Shown one piece after another: positions 48,990-63,190 of a stretch of 64,000 nt of DNA. The first letter of the stretch is position 1. Each line of letters starts with the position of its first letter. This DNA is from Schmidtea polychroa (Eukaryota): contig CM097885.1 in NCBI GenBank assembly GCA_044892525.1, positions 222,146,001 to 222,210,000 on the forward strand. Reading direction: 5' to 3'. The notes beneath the pieces were generated by a model, which saw only the letters and a list, made by a program, of their open reading frames with translations, was not told the origin of the DNA and did not search any database. A program made the position numbers and the translations under genes.

Positions 48990-50400
48990 AAAATATTTTT
49001 AAAATTTAACAAAATTTATAATTAAAACTCTTAGAATCTTTCATCTTCCTCATACCGGGAATTCTTAATATAACCACATCTAGTTTCAAAAACACCATCA
49101 TATAATTCAATGTGGTACATTACGTTTCTTTCTATATATTGTTTGCTTTTTGGTATTCATTTTCTCTAACTCCATCTGAAATTGGTGATAATTCATAGGT
49201 GGTCTGCAAAACTTCCAAAGATGTCACGAAATTATATGAAGAATATGTCTTTTGAATCAGTCTAGAGTTTCATTGAATATCGATCTTGTCAAGGATAAAT
49301 TGTTCAATGTCTTGACAGCTTTAGCCAATGAGTCATTTACAAACTGGTATGAATCAATAGACCGTATTCTAAGTCCATCAACATATCTCATAAATTACAA
49401 GAACTTTTCACAACTAATTTGGATACAAGGTAAATTCTAATTAAGAAATTTATTTAATCCATGTTTGAGGATATGATGCAGTCATAACCACGCGAATTAT
49501 GAAAAACTATAGGAAATAATTTTATGATTTGTTTTATGATATTACATCTTTTACATACATGAGCAATATACTATCCCATAAAATGATCGTGATCTAACCT
49601 TATCTATTATCTTTTCTTGCATAAATATCAAATGAGTATTCTTCATCCAATGTATGTGGCAATATTGGTTTTTCCCCACTTCTTTATAGTACGGACACAC
49701 AATTTTTGTGGCTATATATGCCACTTTTGTCAAAAATTCATAAAGTTAGTTTTGACCAAAGAATTGATGATGACTTAATACTCCAGTAAAATTAGTGATT
49801 AAGAGTAATCCAGCCGATATTGGTACATGTATTTGATGATATTTTTCATCCAGAGGTAAAGTGGATTCGAAATATGCATAAATTACAAATGGGTGTGTTA
49901 TTATTTTTAACCAATCTCTAAATTCCAAATTTTTATTCTTGGGCAAAATATATAATGTTGTATCCAATTAATTTAACTCTTGATGTTTTTCAAATGCTTT
50001 TTGTTTGCAAAATCCGTTTAAGCAATTTTTACACGACAGGCAACAAATTCGAACATTACACTCTTTAATAGAATGGCAATTCATCAATTTTGGCAAGTAA
50101 TTTAATACAGTTTGATGATATTTTTCACCCACTTCTATCAGTAATAAATAAATTTAATTCAATTACTATTGTCCTATGAATTATATCTAAATGTGAGCGT
50201 TTCATTACAATATCATTTATATTCAATATGTCGTTATTATTATAAATCAACATCGGATTTCTATAATCAAATTTCAGGATGTCACAAAGTTTCGTTGGCA
50301 TATCATCAGAATCATATACTAATTCTATCATGTATGGCAAACACTTTGTGGGTCTTTTTCTATTATAACAAAATTGTAACAAAGTATTAAAAGTTTTGCA
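48990..50400 (-). pseudogene. Decayed pPolB gene from another Polinton lineage
   Basis: MPTKLCDILKFDYRNP, CKNCLNGF...FEKH, EFRDWLKIITHPFVIYAYFES, RIRSIDSYQFVNDSLA and YMMVFLKLDV are collinear with the 19.4-23.4 kb gene; many stops and frameshifts. Confidence 0.82.
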
Positions 50401-52329
50401 ATAAAAAAATAAATAATTTCAGTGAATGTAAACAAATTAATAAAAATATTGCAATAAATTACAAATCGTGAAATCTTTCATTAAATCACAATATTAAGTT
50501 GCAATAAAGTAATATATTATTACATTGAATTGCAACAAATAACAAAATATTACAGTAATTTGTAACAAAGTTGTGAAATATTTCATCAAATTACAAAAAA
50601 ATAATAACATTTTAGAAAGTTTCGACAAAGTTATGGATTATTCATCAAATTGTAAAAAGATAACAAAAATATTGCACCAAAGTAATGAAATATTTAAGCA
50701 AATTACATCAAAATAATAAATGATTTCACCAAATTGCAACAAAGTTATAAATTATTACAACCATTTTTAATTGCAGATTAAACCAATTTATATAGAATTA
50801 AATTTCATCTTTACATTGTTACAGTGAAAACTCAATAAACTTATTTCAACTAGTTGTAAAATGAAAAATATACAAAGCATGTGTTTAGCATACACATCAT
50901 TTTAAATGTATGATCAAGTCATATTATAAAGAATTAATATCTTATCCGTACTTTATTACAGTGAAAAATCAATAAAAATATTAATTATATTTTTAAAATT
51001 TTATATATTAATTATTTTAAATTAAATTTGCCACCGTGATGGATATGGGCGTTTTCCAGAATATTCTATTTTGTTTTAGATATTTTAATATATAATTCTC
51101 ATTTTCTTGTAATTCTTATGTTATTTCTTTTTGCTTTTTATTAAATGTTTATTTTTTAATTAACTTTGCTAAATTACTTAGCGACCAGGATAGATTTTGT
51201 CATTTTCCGGGATATTCTAGTTTTTTGTTTATTCTTATTCTTATCTCTAATTCATTTTTGATGTCATTTTGTGGAAATCGTTCTAATTTCCATTCCTACC
51301 TTTCCTTATCGCCATTAATTCAAATTTGCTTACTTATGTATCTATGTTGTGTTTGAGTTCATTTTATGTGATACTTCTTGCTTTTGTTATATATTAGTTT
51401 TACTTTTGGGTTTATTTTTTTTGTGTCGAGTGAATTCTATTTGCTTGTTTAGTTGATGTTTGGACGTGTTTGAATTTGACTCGACTTTATGTTATGTTTG
51501 CGTGTTAGGTTCCGACCCATTTCGTCACGTTGCTTACATCCCGGTAAGTCACACCCACCGCCTATGGAGCAAAGTCACTCAACTTCGTCCAAGCACCTCT
51601 TATCTCCATTATTTCCTATGTTATCTCGATCATTTTAGATCATACTTTAATCATCAGGAAGGTAGGTGATCTACACGGCTCACATCTCCCTAAGGCTTGA
51701 AAATTCGCGAAAAAGGCTATGCCGAAAATTCATAAATATCAAAAAAAACATCGATATCTTTACTGATTCATAGTCAAACACCATATTGAATTCTCCCCTG
51801 AAATTCATTACGATTTTCGGGTACAGGTAATAAATTAGATATATGTATAAATATATGTAAAGGAAAACATATTTTAAAATTTTTTGTTTCACGTTATATT
51901 CATGTACCTTGAGAATGTATGCATGTTTTCCAGTGTAGAAAAAGAAATCTGATATGTACATATTTTTATAAAAATTTTAAAATATTTTTTACTTTCAATT
52001 TAAAACGATGAAGGCGAAGAAACTGACAGTGATAATCCACTTTTAATCTTATAATTAAAAAAATTGTTATATTTTGTAATATATTATATCAATATATAAT
52101 ATATAATATTGTTCTATGCAATTTTAATAAATTAAATATATATTTTATTTTCATTGTACTCATGCTTGTCCATTTTTGTTTCAAAAAGGATAAAACAACC
52201 CCAGCGTCAATGAGATCAGCACCGGCTCTATGGTTCTATGCGCCCTATGCAATTTTTTTGCGCCCTTTTTGCTTGAATTAAAAAAAATTGTACATGTGGG
52301 AGATAAGTGAATAAATTTAAAGGACAAAA

Positions 52330-53300
52330 CGTTTTATTTTGTACTCGTAAAATAATTTATTCAAATAATAAATAGAATAATTACAAGTTCTATTATAAAA
52401 AATTTTAAAAAGTTATCAATTATTTTTATTTCTAAAATTTTACTTTTCTGACTTTTACCGCTTGCAAATTCTTCTATTATTTCTTTAGTGTCAATTTTTT
52501 CACAAATGTCTTTTTCGATGGCTATCAACGATAGCCCTACCAATCGCTCCTGAGAAATACTTGATCTCAAATAATTTTTAATAATTTTTAATTTCGAAAA
52601 TGATCTTTCATTACTTGCAACTGAAACTGGAAGACGTAAAAATATATTTTCGATATTTTCTAGTAAATTCTAAAATATACTGTAATTATTATATGATGGG
52701 TCAGTATTATCGTGATTTATTATTGTATCTTTTAAAATTTTTAATTCATTAAATAGCTCCGTCGCAGAAATATCTTTTTCATGACCGTCGGTTAACATGG
52801 TATCCAAAGAGCTACATCATCATTCATGTGACAAATTCCTTTAAAATCAGCTAAAAATTGAAATATATCTACATGAATTTAAATGACCTCAAAACGTTCA
52901 TCTAATGAATTAAGAACTGCATCCAAGATCGGAAAGAAGAAAGAAATTTTAAATTTATACTGTGAATCAATTGGAGTTTCAGCGTGGCTTTCGTAAACAA
53001 ATTATCTTTTTTACACCTTCGCAATGCATTATCTTTAAATTGGGGAACAATTTCCAAATCGGATACTAATTCCTTTGCTGTTTAATATATCCAAACGTGT
53101 CGTTGAGGCACTAAAGAAATTATATAATTCTTGAACAATACAGAAGAAAGAAATTGTTTCAACACTTATTTTAGCAGCATCCGCAACGGTTAAATTTAAT
53201 GTATGTGCTGCACATGAAAATTTAAAAAAATTATTTAACTGACCTCGTAATCTTTGTGTTTGTAGTTCTTTCGCTGCACTTCTTTTTCTATTTTCTGCTT
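52330..53300 (-). pseudogene. hAT (ZMYM1-like) transposase remnant
   Basis: CAAHTLNLTVADAA, LPVSVASNERSFSKLKIIKNYLRSSISQERLVGLSLIAIEK. Confidence 0.85.
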
Positions 53301-53677
53301 CTGGCTTTTTTTTGATTCCATGTTTTTATACCTAGACTATACTGTAAACAAATATTTAAATGAATTACCTTGAAATGTAAATTAGACCATAAAATAATCG
53401 GCACACCTCCTATGCGAGATGAAAAGTTTTTACTTAATAAGTTAAAAAAATTGCAAGTGCAACTGATTAATAATTAATATCACTTAATGATTTGCACTAT
53501 ACTGTGAAATAACAATTATAAATTACGCGTTTTATGCTATCAGAAGATTGCAATGCAACTGAGAAATACCGAAATTTTATATCAGATTTGTTTGTCAAAC
53601 TTCACGAAAAAAATAGGGAAATTCCCTTATATTTAATGAGATGACTTGTGCAGTAGTAATTAGAATTACGGTAAAGG

Positions 53678-53679
<2 letters not shown>

Positions 53680-53740
<61 letters not shown>
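53680..53740. repeat. (AT)n microsatellite
   Basis: Pure AT run. Confidence 0.9.
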
Positions 53741-53741
<1 letters not shown>

Positions 53742-54034
53742 CCATCAATTAAGGTCAAATAAGGTCACAAGTAATACAATTGAATTTATTAAATTGAATT
53801 TATCTAATGTAACTTCCTGGTATTATTAAAACCAAAACCTTTAAGTTTATTAAATTTAAGAATTTTGACTATTTACGAATCTTTGTTTAAAAAAAATTTC
53901 CTCATGTGTTGAAAATTTATTAGTATTTACATCTATAAATTTATTAAGTTTTAAGATTGGGTAGAAAAAATCGCGCAAACATAATTTCTTTAAGCGATAA
54001 AATTGACTTTCTGCAAAAAATATACGTATTTTAA

Positions 54035-54303
54035 CCACTTGCGCTATATTGACGTGCCAGGCACGTCTTGATGATTTTTTTCAGAACTGCAAGTGACGTG
54101 TATACCACATCGATAGTATTTGTCGCAAAAACTAAAACGACGTGTTTGCAACGTCGGCTGACAGGCGGAACGTCATTGTTGTTGTGAATAATTTTATATT
54201 CGTGTAAATCTTTTATGTAAAACCCTACCCTCGCGCTAAGCACTGGTCAAACCTCTGAGCTCGCTACTCTCAGCTACCGAAAATTAAATCATAGCGCAAG
54301 TGG
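54035..54303. mobile_element. piggyBac-type MITE, 269 bp
   Basis: TTAA-CCACTTGCGCTAT...ATAGCGCAAGTGG-TTAA; perfect 13 bp TIR. Confidence 0.9.
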
Positions 54304-55577
54304 TTAAATGTAATTTTTTTAAAAATTGAACTTGGAAAATGTTTTCAGGAAAAATGAAGAAATTCGTGAGTTTTAATTGTTTATTATTAATTAATCAAAA
54401 TTCATTTTCGCCATATAAAAAATTCTTTTCTAAATCTCTGCTAAGTGAGTAAAATATGTGTGAAGTGTCCAATAAAGTTTTAAATCTTAATATTAATTTA
54501 ATTATTTATTAATTATAATAACTTTTTCATTAAAATCTACCCAGATAATTTGAGAATAATTTAAAATAAATTTCCAGAATTTGAAAGAAAATCAGGACAA
54601 TAATTTCTATGAAGTAATTACTTATTTTCTTCTGTATAAATAATAAATAATAAATAATAAATTTTGCAACGCGGTGAATTGATTAATTTTATGTTCCCCA
54701 ATCCAATATTGTCACTGAAAGAGCCGTGAAGAAAATGGAATATATATTTGTAAACAGTGCTTTATTTCTGGGAAAAAAGGTGCGGTAACGTATCTGTACT
54801 ATCCTTTATATGCAAAAAAATGACGCTGAAATTATCTAACAAATAAAATAAATATGCAGGACACAAAATATACACTTATTAGTCATTAGTAACTTATTAC
54901 CAAAACATCTGTCAATTTTTTAAAATCATTCAAGGAAAAAAGGTGCCGGAACCGTTCCGGAGCGTTCCGTCAGAAAAAAGCACTGTTTGTGAAGAACAAA
55001 GTGATAAATGCCTCAACTTGAAGTTCATTAATATAAATGTACTTTGAATAATACATATTATTCCGAACTGATTTATGGATTTCCTTTCCTTTAAGGGAGG
55101 CGCGATGGTTTTATAAAATTTTCCAAAAAGGAAGTCATTTTCCTCCATTTTACAAATAAGTTCACCATTTTCAACCCCAGGCGTTTAGATTTTAAAAAAG
55201 TTTCAATCTTAATGTATGTATTGTTTCTATACTAAATATTAAGTTATAGGTGCTAGGTAAGCAACCTAATAAATACAAAATGTATTTCTTTATAACAAAA
55301 TTGCATTCTACATCAACAAAAAGATTCCAGGCATTGAATAAGTTTATTGAGGGAAACCTGTTTAAATTGATTTTGAAACAATTGATGCTTTTTTGAAGAG
55401 GTGACAAATAATTTCTTTTTTTCAAACTCTAAACAAACTGATTGCTGCAGTATTAACTATAATTATGTTCTGACAGGATTCGTTTCTATATGGTAGTTTT
55501 TGGGTTCTAATATAATCGAATGTCGTTTTTATACCGGCTAGGAAACATTAATCATTTCTCAAATTAGCAATTCCAAT

Positions 55578-56461
55578 TAGGGACTCTGAAAAACAGTGGT
55601 TTTCAAAAAACAGCTGTTTAACTGTTTCTGATTCTTAAAAAACAGCTGTTTTACTGTTTTTAAATGTTTTTACTGTAAATAATGTAAGGAAAAAAACTTT
55701 TTCATATGAAATTAAAGCCTTTTAATTATTTATTTGATTTATTATAATAATATTTCAAAAAGACCAATGCTTGCAGTGATTTATCTGATAGACGAGATCG
55801 AATTTTTGTGCAAAAACTTGAGGTGACCGAAAAAACGCGTTCTACGTCCGTGGAAGTGGGTTTGATGATCAAAATGGCATTAAAGAGTTTTTGTAGGTTT
55901 TCAGTTCGCTGTCCAGTGTTCTTGAAAAGTGTAAATTCCGACTTTAGCCACTTGACAGCATCAAATTAAAATAGTTGATTTATTACTGAAAATAATTAAA
56001 TCAGTAAAAATATTTATTTCAGTAAAAGTTGCAATGCTTATTTTATAATGTGAAAATAAACACAAACCAGTGCTGTTCATTTATATATAAGTGGTGCTAT
56101 GTCTAGACGTCTAGACAATGCATTGACTGTTGACCTTGAATGGAAAGCGGTCGCGTTGTGTGGCATGTTGAGCAAAGGCTGTCCATTGATTTGCCTAGCA
56201 TATGATGCGTAAATGACGGGTTAAGACGATTAAATGACGCGAGACAGGTCAATTCAGAAAAAATTGAGAAAAGAACGCTGAATGACGTGTTTTCTGGTTC
56301 TTAATGACGGGAAAACCCGTCATTTTTTTAACAGTGAACTTTAAGTTTTACTGAAAAACAGTTAAAAACAGTTATGAAAAAACAGCTGTTTGCTGTTTTT
56401 GATTTTTTGACGAAAAAACAACTGTTTTACTGTTACTGTTAAACAGTATCCAGAAACCCTA
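55578..56461. mobile_element. hAT (Ac-like TAGGG termini) non-autonomous element, 884 bp
   Basis: TAGGGACTCTG...CAGAAACCCTA; perfect 8 bp TSD ATTCCAAT; subterminal AAACAG/CTGTTT repeats. Confidence 0.85.
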
Positions 56462-57139
56462 ATTCCAATAGCTCTAAATTAATAATTCCTAATCTCTTCC
56501 TAGTCTTAATTACATGTTGGAATTCTACTTTCTAAACTCGAAGACTTTTGCTTTCCTTGAATGGTGATTTATGGTATTTATTAATTAGTTTGTATTTTAA
56601 CAATACCTTTGTTTAGGTATCACCCTCTCCTGAAACTTTAATTTTTATTGTCTTTAACTTTCTATTTGCTATCTGATCATTTATTTGACTATAAGATTAT
56701 AATAAATTACCTTTCTCCCGTAAAATGATGACTTTCGATTTTAAGAAATTTTGCGATATATTTTTCTGAATTTTAAATTAAATTCTTTGCATTTGAATCT
56801 TTGCACATTTTATTCCTAATTTAACATTTTATGCAGCACCGACATAGGTAATATTATTTATTGTTCACATTGATACCGAAAATTGTCAGCCGGTATATAG
56901 TAGTCTCTATTTTTAATCATTTTAATGTTATAATTGACAGCAAAAAAATTTCAAAATATTGACAATAATGTCTTTTAATTATTTTTTTTAAATTTTCACA
57001 AAATATCGGACACCGAAGTATATTATATTTCAGAAACATCAAGCACATAAATAAGGTGACCAACTATTTTTAGTTCAAAAAGAGTACACTTTGCAAGTAT
57101 TTCATAGGTGAAAAAAAAGAAGAAAAAACGATAAAAACT

Positions 57140-57530
57140 TTATTTTCTTTTAAAAACATAATTTTCTTCGGAATGGATTTTTTTTGCTAAATGAAGATGT
57201 TCGTCTAATAATGTAGCCACATCCGAGCTACTTTCATTTTGCATGTTAAATTTGACCGTTAAGACGGCAGATAATGTTTTTACAGAAAGTTGCGACTTCT
57301 CACTGCTCCAATAATCATTCCCTAGTGAAAATACCCTTTCAAACAGCAGCATTAGTGCCTGGACAACATAAGGAAATTACTATTAAAACTTTTAAATTTT
57401 CATGTGGGATATGTTCTACTCTAAAATGCCGACAGATTTCTACCCATCTTATGTCATAAACAAATTCAACAATGTTGAAGTACTTTCTATTCCAATTGCA
57501 CATTTTCGGTACTGATACGGTTAACATAAA
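57140..57530 (-). pseudogene. hAT transposase C-terminal fragment
   Basis: LCCPGTNAAV then (frameshift) ERVFSLGNDYWSSEKSQLSVKTLSAVLTVKFN. Confidence 0.75.
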
Positions 57531-58104
57531 AATAATATTATTGTACTTAAATATAAATAGCGTAATTCAGTCTTGACGGAATATATTATCCATTTTAATT
57601 CAATAAAACAAAAAAAATTCCCAATAGATGTTTGGAATGTAGAATAAATAAAGTAAAATTCGAATAATGAAATTAGAAGTTTCCATCAAATTGCAGATTA
57701 ATGTAATTTGACAATTAAAAATTAATTAGTTATTTCATTTCTTTAATGTCCGGTTGATAAGGCAAATATGGCGAAATTAAATTGCAGAATGAAGTTTACT
57801 TAACAGTTGCATTTGATATTTAGAAATGTATACATTTAAACAATAAAATACTAGTATACAACTTAAGGGATTTAAAGTCCTGAGTTTTATATAATATTTT
57901 TTTTATTTCTTTCTGTTAGATGCAATTAAATTTAAGTTTTCTTTCATAACAATTTATTAAAAATACTAAAATTCAAAATCCACTAAAATTCTTATAATAA
58001 TATTCAGACAACTGAGACATTTATAATTCTGAAATTAATACAGATATACCACGTTTACTTTTAATTGATTTTACTATAATAAATACAAAAATATAAATAT
58101 AAAA

Positions 58105-59560
58105 AGTGTTGTGTCTAATAAAAATGTTGCCTAATAAAAATACCAAAATAATTATTATTTTTTAAAATATGTATAAAAATAAATCAAAATATAAAATATG
58201 GATAAAAATAAATACTAAAATAAAAATAATCCAACACCTAAGTTATGTCCATAAAATATCTTTTCATTCTTGTATAAATTTTGTTATATTTCAATTTAAT
58301 TTTGATTTGTAAAAAAAGCTTCAATCTTCTTTCATTTCACTTTTTTAATATAACATTTATTTTTAAATTTGTAACATTTTCAAGTTTTTATGTTTTCAAC
58401 ATTTTATATCCTCTCGCCCATCACTAAATATTCAATCCGCAACTAATTTATTAAAAGTGTTTACTTTAATTTTCATGTCATATCAATGCTACCTCACTGC
58501 TTATTGTTACCTTTGTCCTTTGCTAATAAAAGCATTAATTGTTATGTTTGACATTTCTTGTTTGGCATCAATCTTTAACTGTTACAATAAAATTTCATTA
58601 ATTTGACAGATTATTTTATCAATTTATCTCGATGGCAATATAGTTTTGGGTACTTATCCTTCGTTTTCAATATTTTTTTGTTTTCGCTTTTCAATTTGTA
58701 ATTATTAGTTAAACACGACCTTGTCGTGTTTCATAATTGATTGCTTTAATAATTTTGTTATTTTCATTTCATTTTCTCATTTCTTCCCATCTATCCTGCC
58801 TTTAAGAAATCTGGAACAACACACCCTTTATTTTATACCTTTCCCCCACTCATTTTGTTCAATTTAATAATTGCTTAATTTTATTATTTAGGTTTCCACA
58901 ACAAAATCATGGAAAGGGGAAAAGTTCTAAAAGTGGAAGTCAGTCATCATTCAATTTTTTAGCCTTATTAATATCATTTTATCATTATGAGATAAAAATA
59001 TTTGTTTATTAATCTTAGGCTACGATCATTTCAAAATTTAATTACAACTTACACCATTATTAATAGCATTATTATTATTTTATTGTTGTGCCTAATAAAA
59101 ATACCAAAATAATCATTATTTTTTAAAATATGTATAAAAATAAATACCAAAATAAAAATAAAAAAAATATCCAACATGTAAGTTATTATAATTGATTTAT
59201 TATTATAATTGGTGTTATGGATGATGAGGTAGCTTCTACTATTCTTCTATAACGGGGGCTACAAATTTCAAGCACACGTTTTTCGTCTTATTGCTTAATA
59301 TTATAATATCTGAGTTGCAATTCTTTATAAATAGGCTTTAGACCCCTATGCGAAGCTAAATGGACCTCTTCAACGCATAGAATTTTCTTTGGATCATTTT
59401 AATCTTCAATATATTCTAACAAAATATTATTTTCCATTTTAATAAAAATTCTGTTAATTTTTTCTGTCTTTTTAAAAATAAATAAACCGATTTATAATTT
59501 ATATTAAAGAATTATAATTATTTTGGTATTTTTAGTCAACATTTTTATTAGGCACCATAA
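58105..59560. mobile_element. Decayed TIR element, possibly Ginger/TDD-like integrase-type DNA transposon
   Basis: Inverted ends GTG(T/C)CTAATAAAAATGTTG...AAAATACCAAAATAATTAT; the minus strand near 59240-59400 reads EEVHLASHRGLKPIYKELQLRYYNI, resembling an integrase HHCC region. Confidence 0.45.
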
Positions 59561-60123
59561 AGATAAAAAGTTATTTTAATTAATTTAAAATTTTTACGAA
59601 TTAAGTGATTATCAAACTTCTGATTTCAATTTTGATCAGGTTTTATCAATTATTTTTTAATAGAAATCTACAGGATGTTTTTGTCTTTTTTTGTCTGATT
59701 TTGATTTACAAACAAGGTATTGTATTTATCTGTATTAAGAAAAACGAGTCGGCTTGTTTTGTCACAGGAAAAATTGAGAAGTCTTTGGAATTTTTTATAT
59801 TTTTATGTTCATTGAAAAGATGTTGCTTTAAAATGTTTTTTTACTGCTTGAATAAAGTCTTGAGGATATTTTCTTGCTCGCTACCATATAAATAAACATT
59901 TTCTGGATAGCTGGGAAAAAGTAGTTTAAAATCACTTAATATTCTAAAGTTCCTAAATGCTACCGATATTTAGAGGGAAATAATTTTTTTAAATAAATTT
60001 ATAGAAAACTAATGCATTATTTTGCAGAATTTAACTTTTATAGTAATTCTGATAAGACTCACATTTTTACCCTTATAATCGAAACTACAGAGTTTCCTGG
60101 GTTTAATAATTATTCCACTAATA

Positions 60124-60629
60124 CAGTAGGGGGTCCGCGAACGGGTTCCAAGTGGTCCGCGGCACTATTTACAAAAAATCGTAAAAAAAATTTTTTATGT
60201 TATCTTGATATTGTAACTAAAATAATAAATAACATTTCTTTACTGTTTTGTAGCATCAAAATTCTAACATTTGAATTTTTATGTTAAAAAATTTAAGTCG
60301 CATTAGGCACTTTTTTTGTAAATATTTACTCTTTGCTATGATACTATTCTGTTTTTGCATTGATTCGAAGTTTTTATTATTGCTATAATAAAGTTTAATT
60401 TAGTTGAAGTTTTTTTCTTTTAACTTGCGGGTGTTATTTAATTCTGTCAATTGTTCCTACACAATTATATATGGTAAGTAAAAGTAGTGTACTGCATATT
60501 TGGTATAAAATTATAAAAAAAATGTGTGTGTTTTACTATCAATTTATTAATTTTTAACATTTCAGGGGTCCGTCGGTACCAATTATATATTTATGGGGTC
60601 CATAAGTTTGAAAAGGTTAAGAACCCCTG
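60124..60629. mobile_element. hAT MITE, 506 bp
   Basis: Right end GGTTAAGAACCCCTG, GGGGTCC subterminal motifs, 8 bp TSD CACTAATA on both sides; the left TIR is degenerate. Confidence 0.8.
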
Positions 60630-60749
60630 CACTAATATAATAAAGATGTTCAACCACTTAGTTGTATAAAAATCCTTTTTAACTACCAACCAACCTTAAC
60701 CCAACTTTGTGTCATTTAAAACAAATTAAATCAGTTTTGGAATGTATCC

Positions 60750-61223
60750 CAGCGCCGTCTCTTCCATTGTGCTAATTGTGCTAAGCACAGGGGGCGCCGT
60801 GAGTAAAGGGGCGCCGTAAATTTTATAAAAGCCATAAATTTGATAAAATTCAAAAAAAAAATTAAAAAATTATAAACAAAACAAAAATTAAATAAAATCG
60901 GAAAAAAAATTAGTTTAATATATAAATTAAAATTTTAAATATATGCAAAAATAATTATTATTTTTTGACATTTTTGTTTATAAGTTTTAAAACTTTAAAA
61001 AATTGAGAAGAAAATTTTGTAATAATTTAGTTATCCACATTTACGAATTAATTTTGAAATAAAAGGTGAAAAGAATATATTTTTTTATTACAATTTATAA
61101 CTTAATATATGTATACGCAATAATGTGTAATATTATTAATAAACATACTTTTGTAAAAATTGTTTTTTAGGGGCGCATTATAGTTTATAGCACAGGGGCG
61201 ACAGATTTCTAAAGACGCATTTG
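60750..61223. mobile_element. hAT (Tip100-like) MITE
   Basis: CAGCGCCGTCTT...AAGACGCATTTG ends, GCACAGGGGC subterminal motifs, imperfect 8 bp flanks ATGTATCC / GGGTATCC. Confidence 0.6.
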
Positions 61224-62419
61224 GGGTATCCTATATGTCTAGTCTCAGAGAATAAAGTCAGTAATAAAGTCTTATCTGACCTTACAGATTCATAACTCAA
61301 TTTATTTTAGTTAGAGTTTGTTGGGTCTTATAACCTCTTAAGATTACTGTGCATTTGTTTGCCATTTTTAACAAAATATTTTTTTAAATAATTATCTTAA
61401 CTTTTTGAAACAAACTGTCTAATAAAATTAAGATTTCGTTATATTTACATAAAATAATAATAATAAGATAGATGATATATAATTATTAAATGATACAAGA
61501 TTGAGACACGTGAGCAAGTCTTGAGACACTCTATCCTAACAGCACGGGGTAATAGTCCTAACCACTTATAACTAAATCAGTCCACTTGATAAACTAGTTA
61601 AAAGTTTGTATTTAAAATATGATCTATGGTATTTTCCGTTATGAATCCTACCGATAAAATTTTTTATAACATTTCTTTTAGATCGAGTAAGGACATCCAT
61701 TTATTTAAAATATTATAATAGCAAATTTCTGTAATTTTAAAATCTACTAATTTGAGGATATTTAAACAACTTTATTTTGGAAATTCTGCATTATTATTCA
61801 AGTGTTTAAAATAAATTATTTATTAATTAAATTTTTAATATTTACCCTTGCCTACTTCTTTCAAAATGTTTGAGCTATTCTATGTTTTTGACTAAAATAA
61901 AATCGGTATTCGATTTTATTATATAACTTCTTTCGTGATCCTTTTCAATATTCCTGTACAGGACCTCCATATCTGTTCTCTGATTTATTTATAATATTTT
62001 TCTTTATCCAAACTTTATCAACAATCTCAATTTTCTATTCTTAACTCACTAATCACATTATATTCATTTTGTAAAGATGTTACTCTTTTGATTAATAAGT
62101 TCTTTCCATATACAGAGGAAAGTGAAAGAAAAATGAGATAAAAGATACAGAGAAAAAGAATGACCACAAATATTTTAGAATCTTCTTGAAACAATATTAA
62201 TTTTTTGTTCAGTTCGTATGTTTAACGCTTTTGGAAATTTTCACATCTTTCAATTAAGTTTTTTACTTTGGTATCAGTATCCATAATAAAACTTTTATTG
62301 GTGCTATACAAAGTTCTACTATTCCTTTTTAAGTTTCTGAACACGATAGAGATATTTCAAAAATCTGAATTGAGTCTATTTTAAAAGTATCCCTTTTCAA
62401 AACGGTTTCATTGACAACA

Positions 62420-63190
62420 TGCTCTAAAAAGTTCACCTCTCGTGTATTTGAATTTGTGTCATTTGAAGAAGTATTTCCAATGAAGTCAATTACAGATAGT
62501 AGAAATGATGTTGAATTTTATATTAATGGTTTGCATATGAATATTTGAATTTGAACGATACTTTATTAACTGTTCAGATCAATGTTGTAGATAAAGATAA
62601 AAAAGCTTTTGGTGATGCAGATGCTACAATAACGAACAATTTCTCGTTTCACACACTTTTTAAAGATGCAGTTCTCGGATTTATTAATATCAAGATTGAA
62701 GGCACTAATGATAAATACATTTACAAAGCATTAATAGAAACTATTATTAATTATAATTCCGATACAAAAAATACATTTCTTACTTCTATGGGCTATGGGG
62801 CAACAGACGATGAAAGGATAAAGTGAATTAAAGACTCAAAGGTTTTCAACATGTGCTTATCCTTCAACTAGACTTTATGGATACATCGAAATATCTACTT
62901 CCTGGAGTTAATGTACACATGAGGTGTAAAGATCTTATTGAAAAGATCTGATTCTGCATTATCACTAACTAGTGCTGCTGGTTAACCAATCTACCAAGTA
63001 GTTGAATCAAAATTACTTGTAAGAAGAATTCGTGTAGATCCATCAGTATTAGCTGGTCATCAAATGAGTCTTAATTCTATAAATGCAATTAATCAACTGA
63101 AAACAAAAGAAATTGTACAATTTTCTAATGCCAAAGTTGCTTCTTCAATTTATAAGGAACAAATATTTGGAGATAGAAGATAATATTTCA
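62420..63190 (+). pseudogene. Decayed Polinton major capsid protein gene
   Basis: SITDSRNDVEFYING, NNFSFHTLFKDAVL, KYIYKALIETIINYNSDTKNTFL, ESKLLVRRIRVDPSVLAGH and KEQIFG follow the order of Polinton MCP motifs as I recall them; several stops. Confidence 0.7.
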
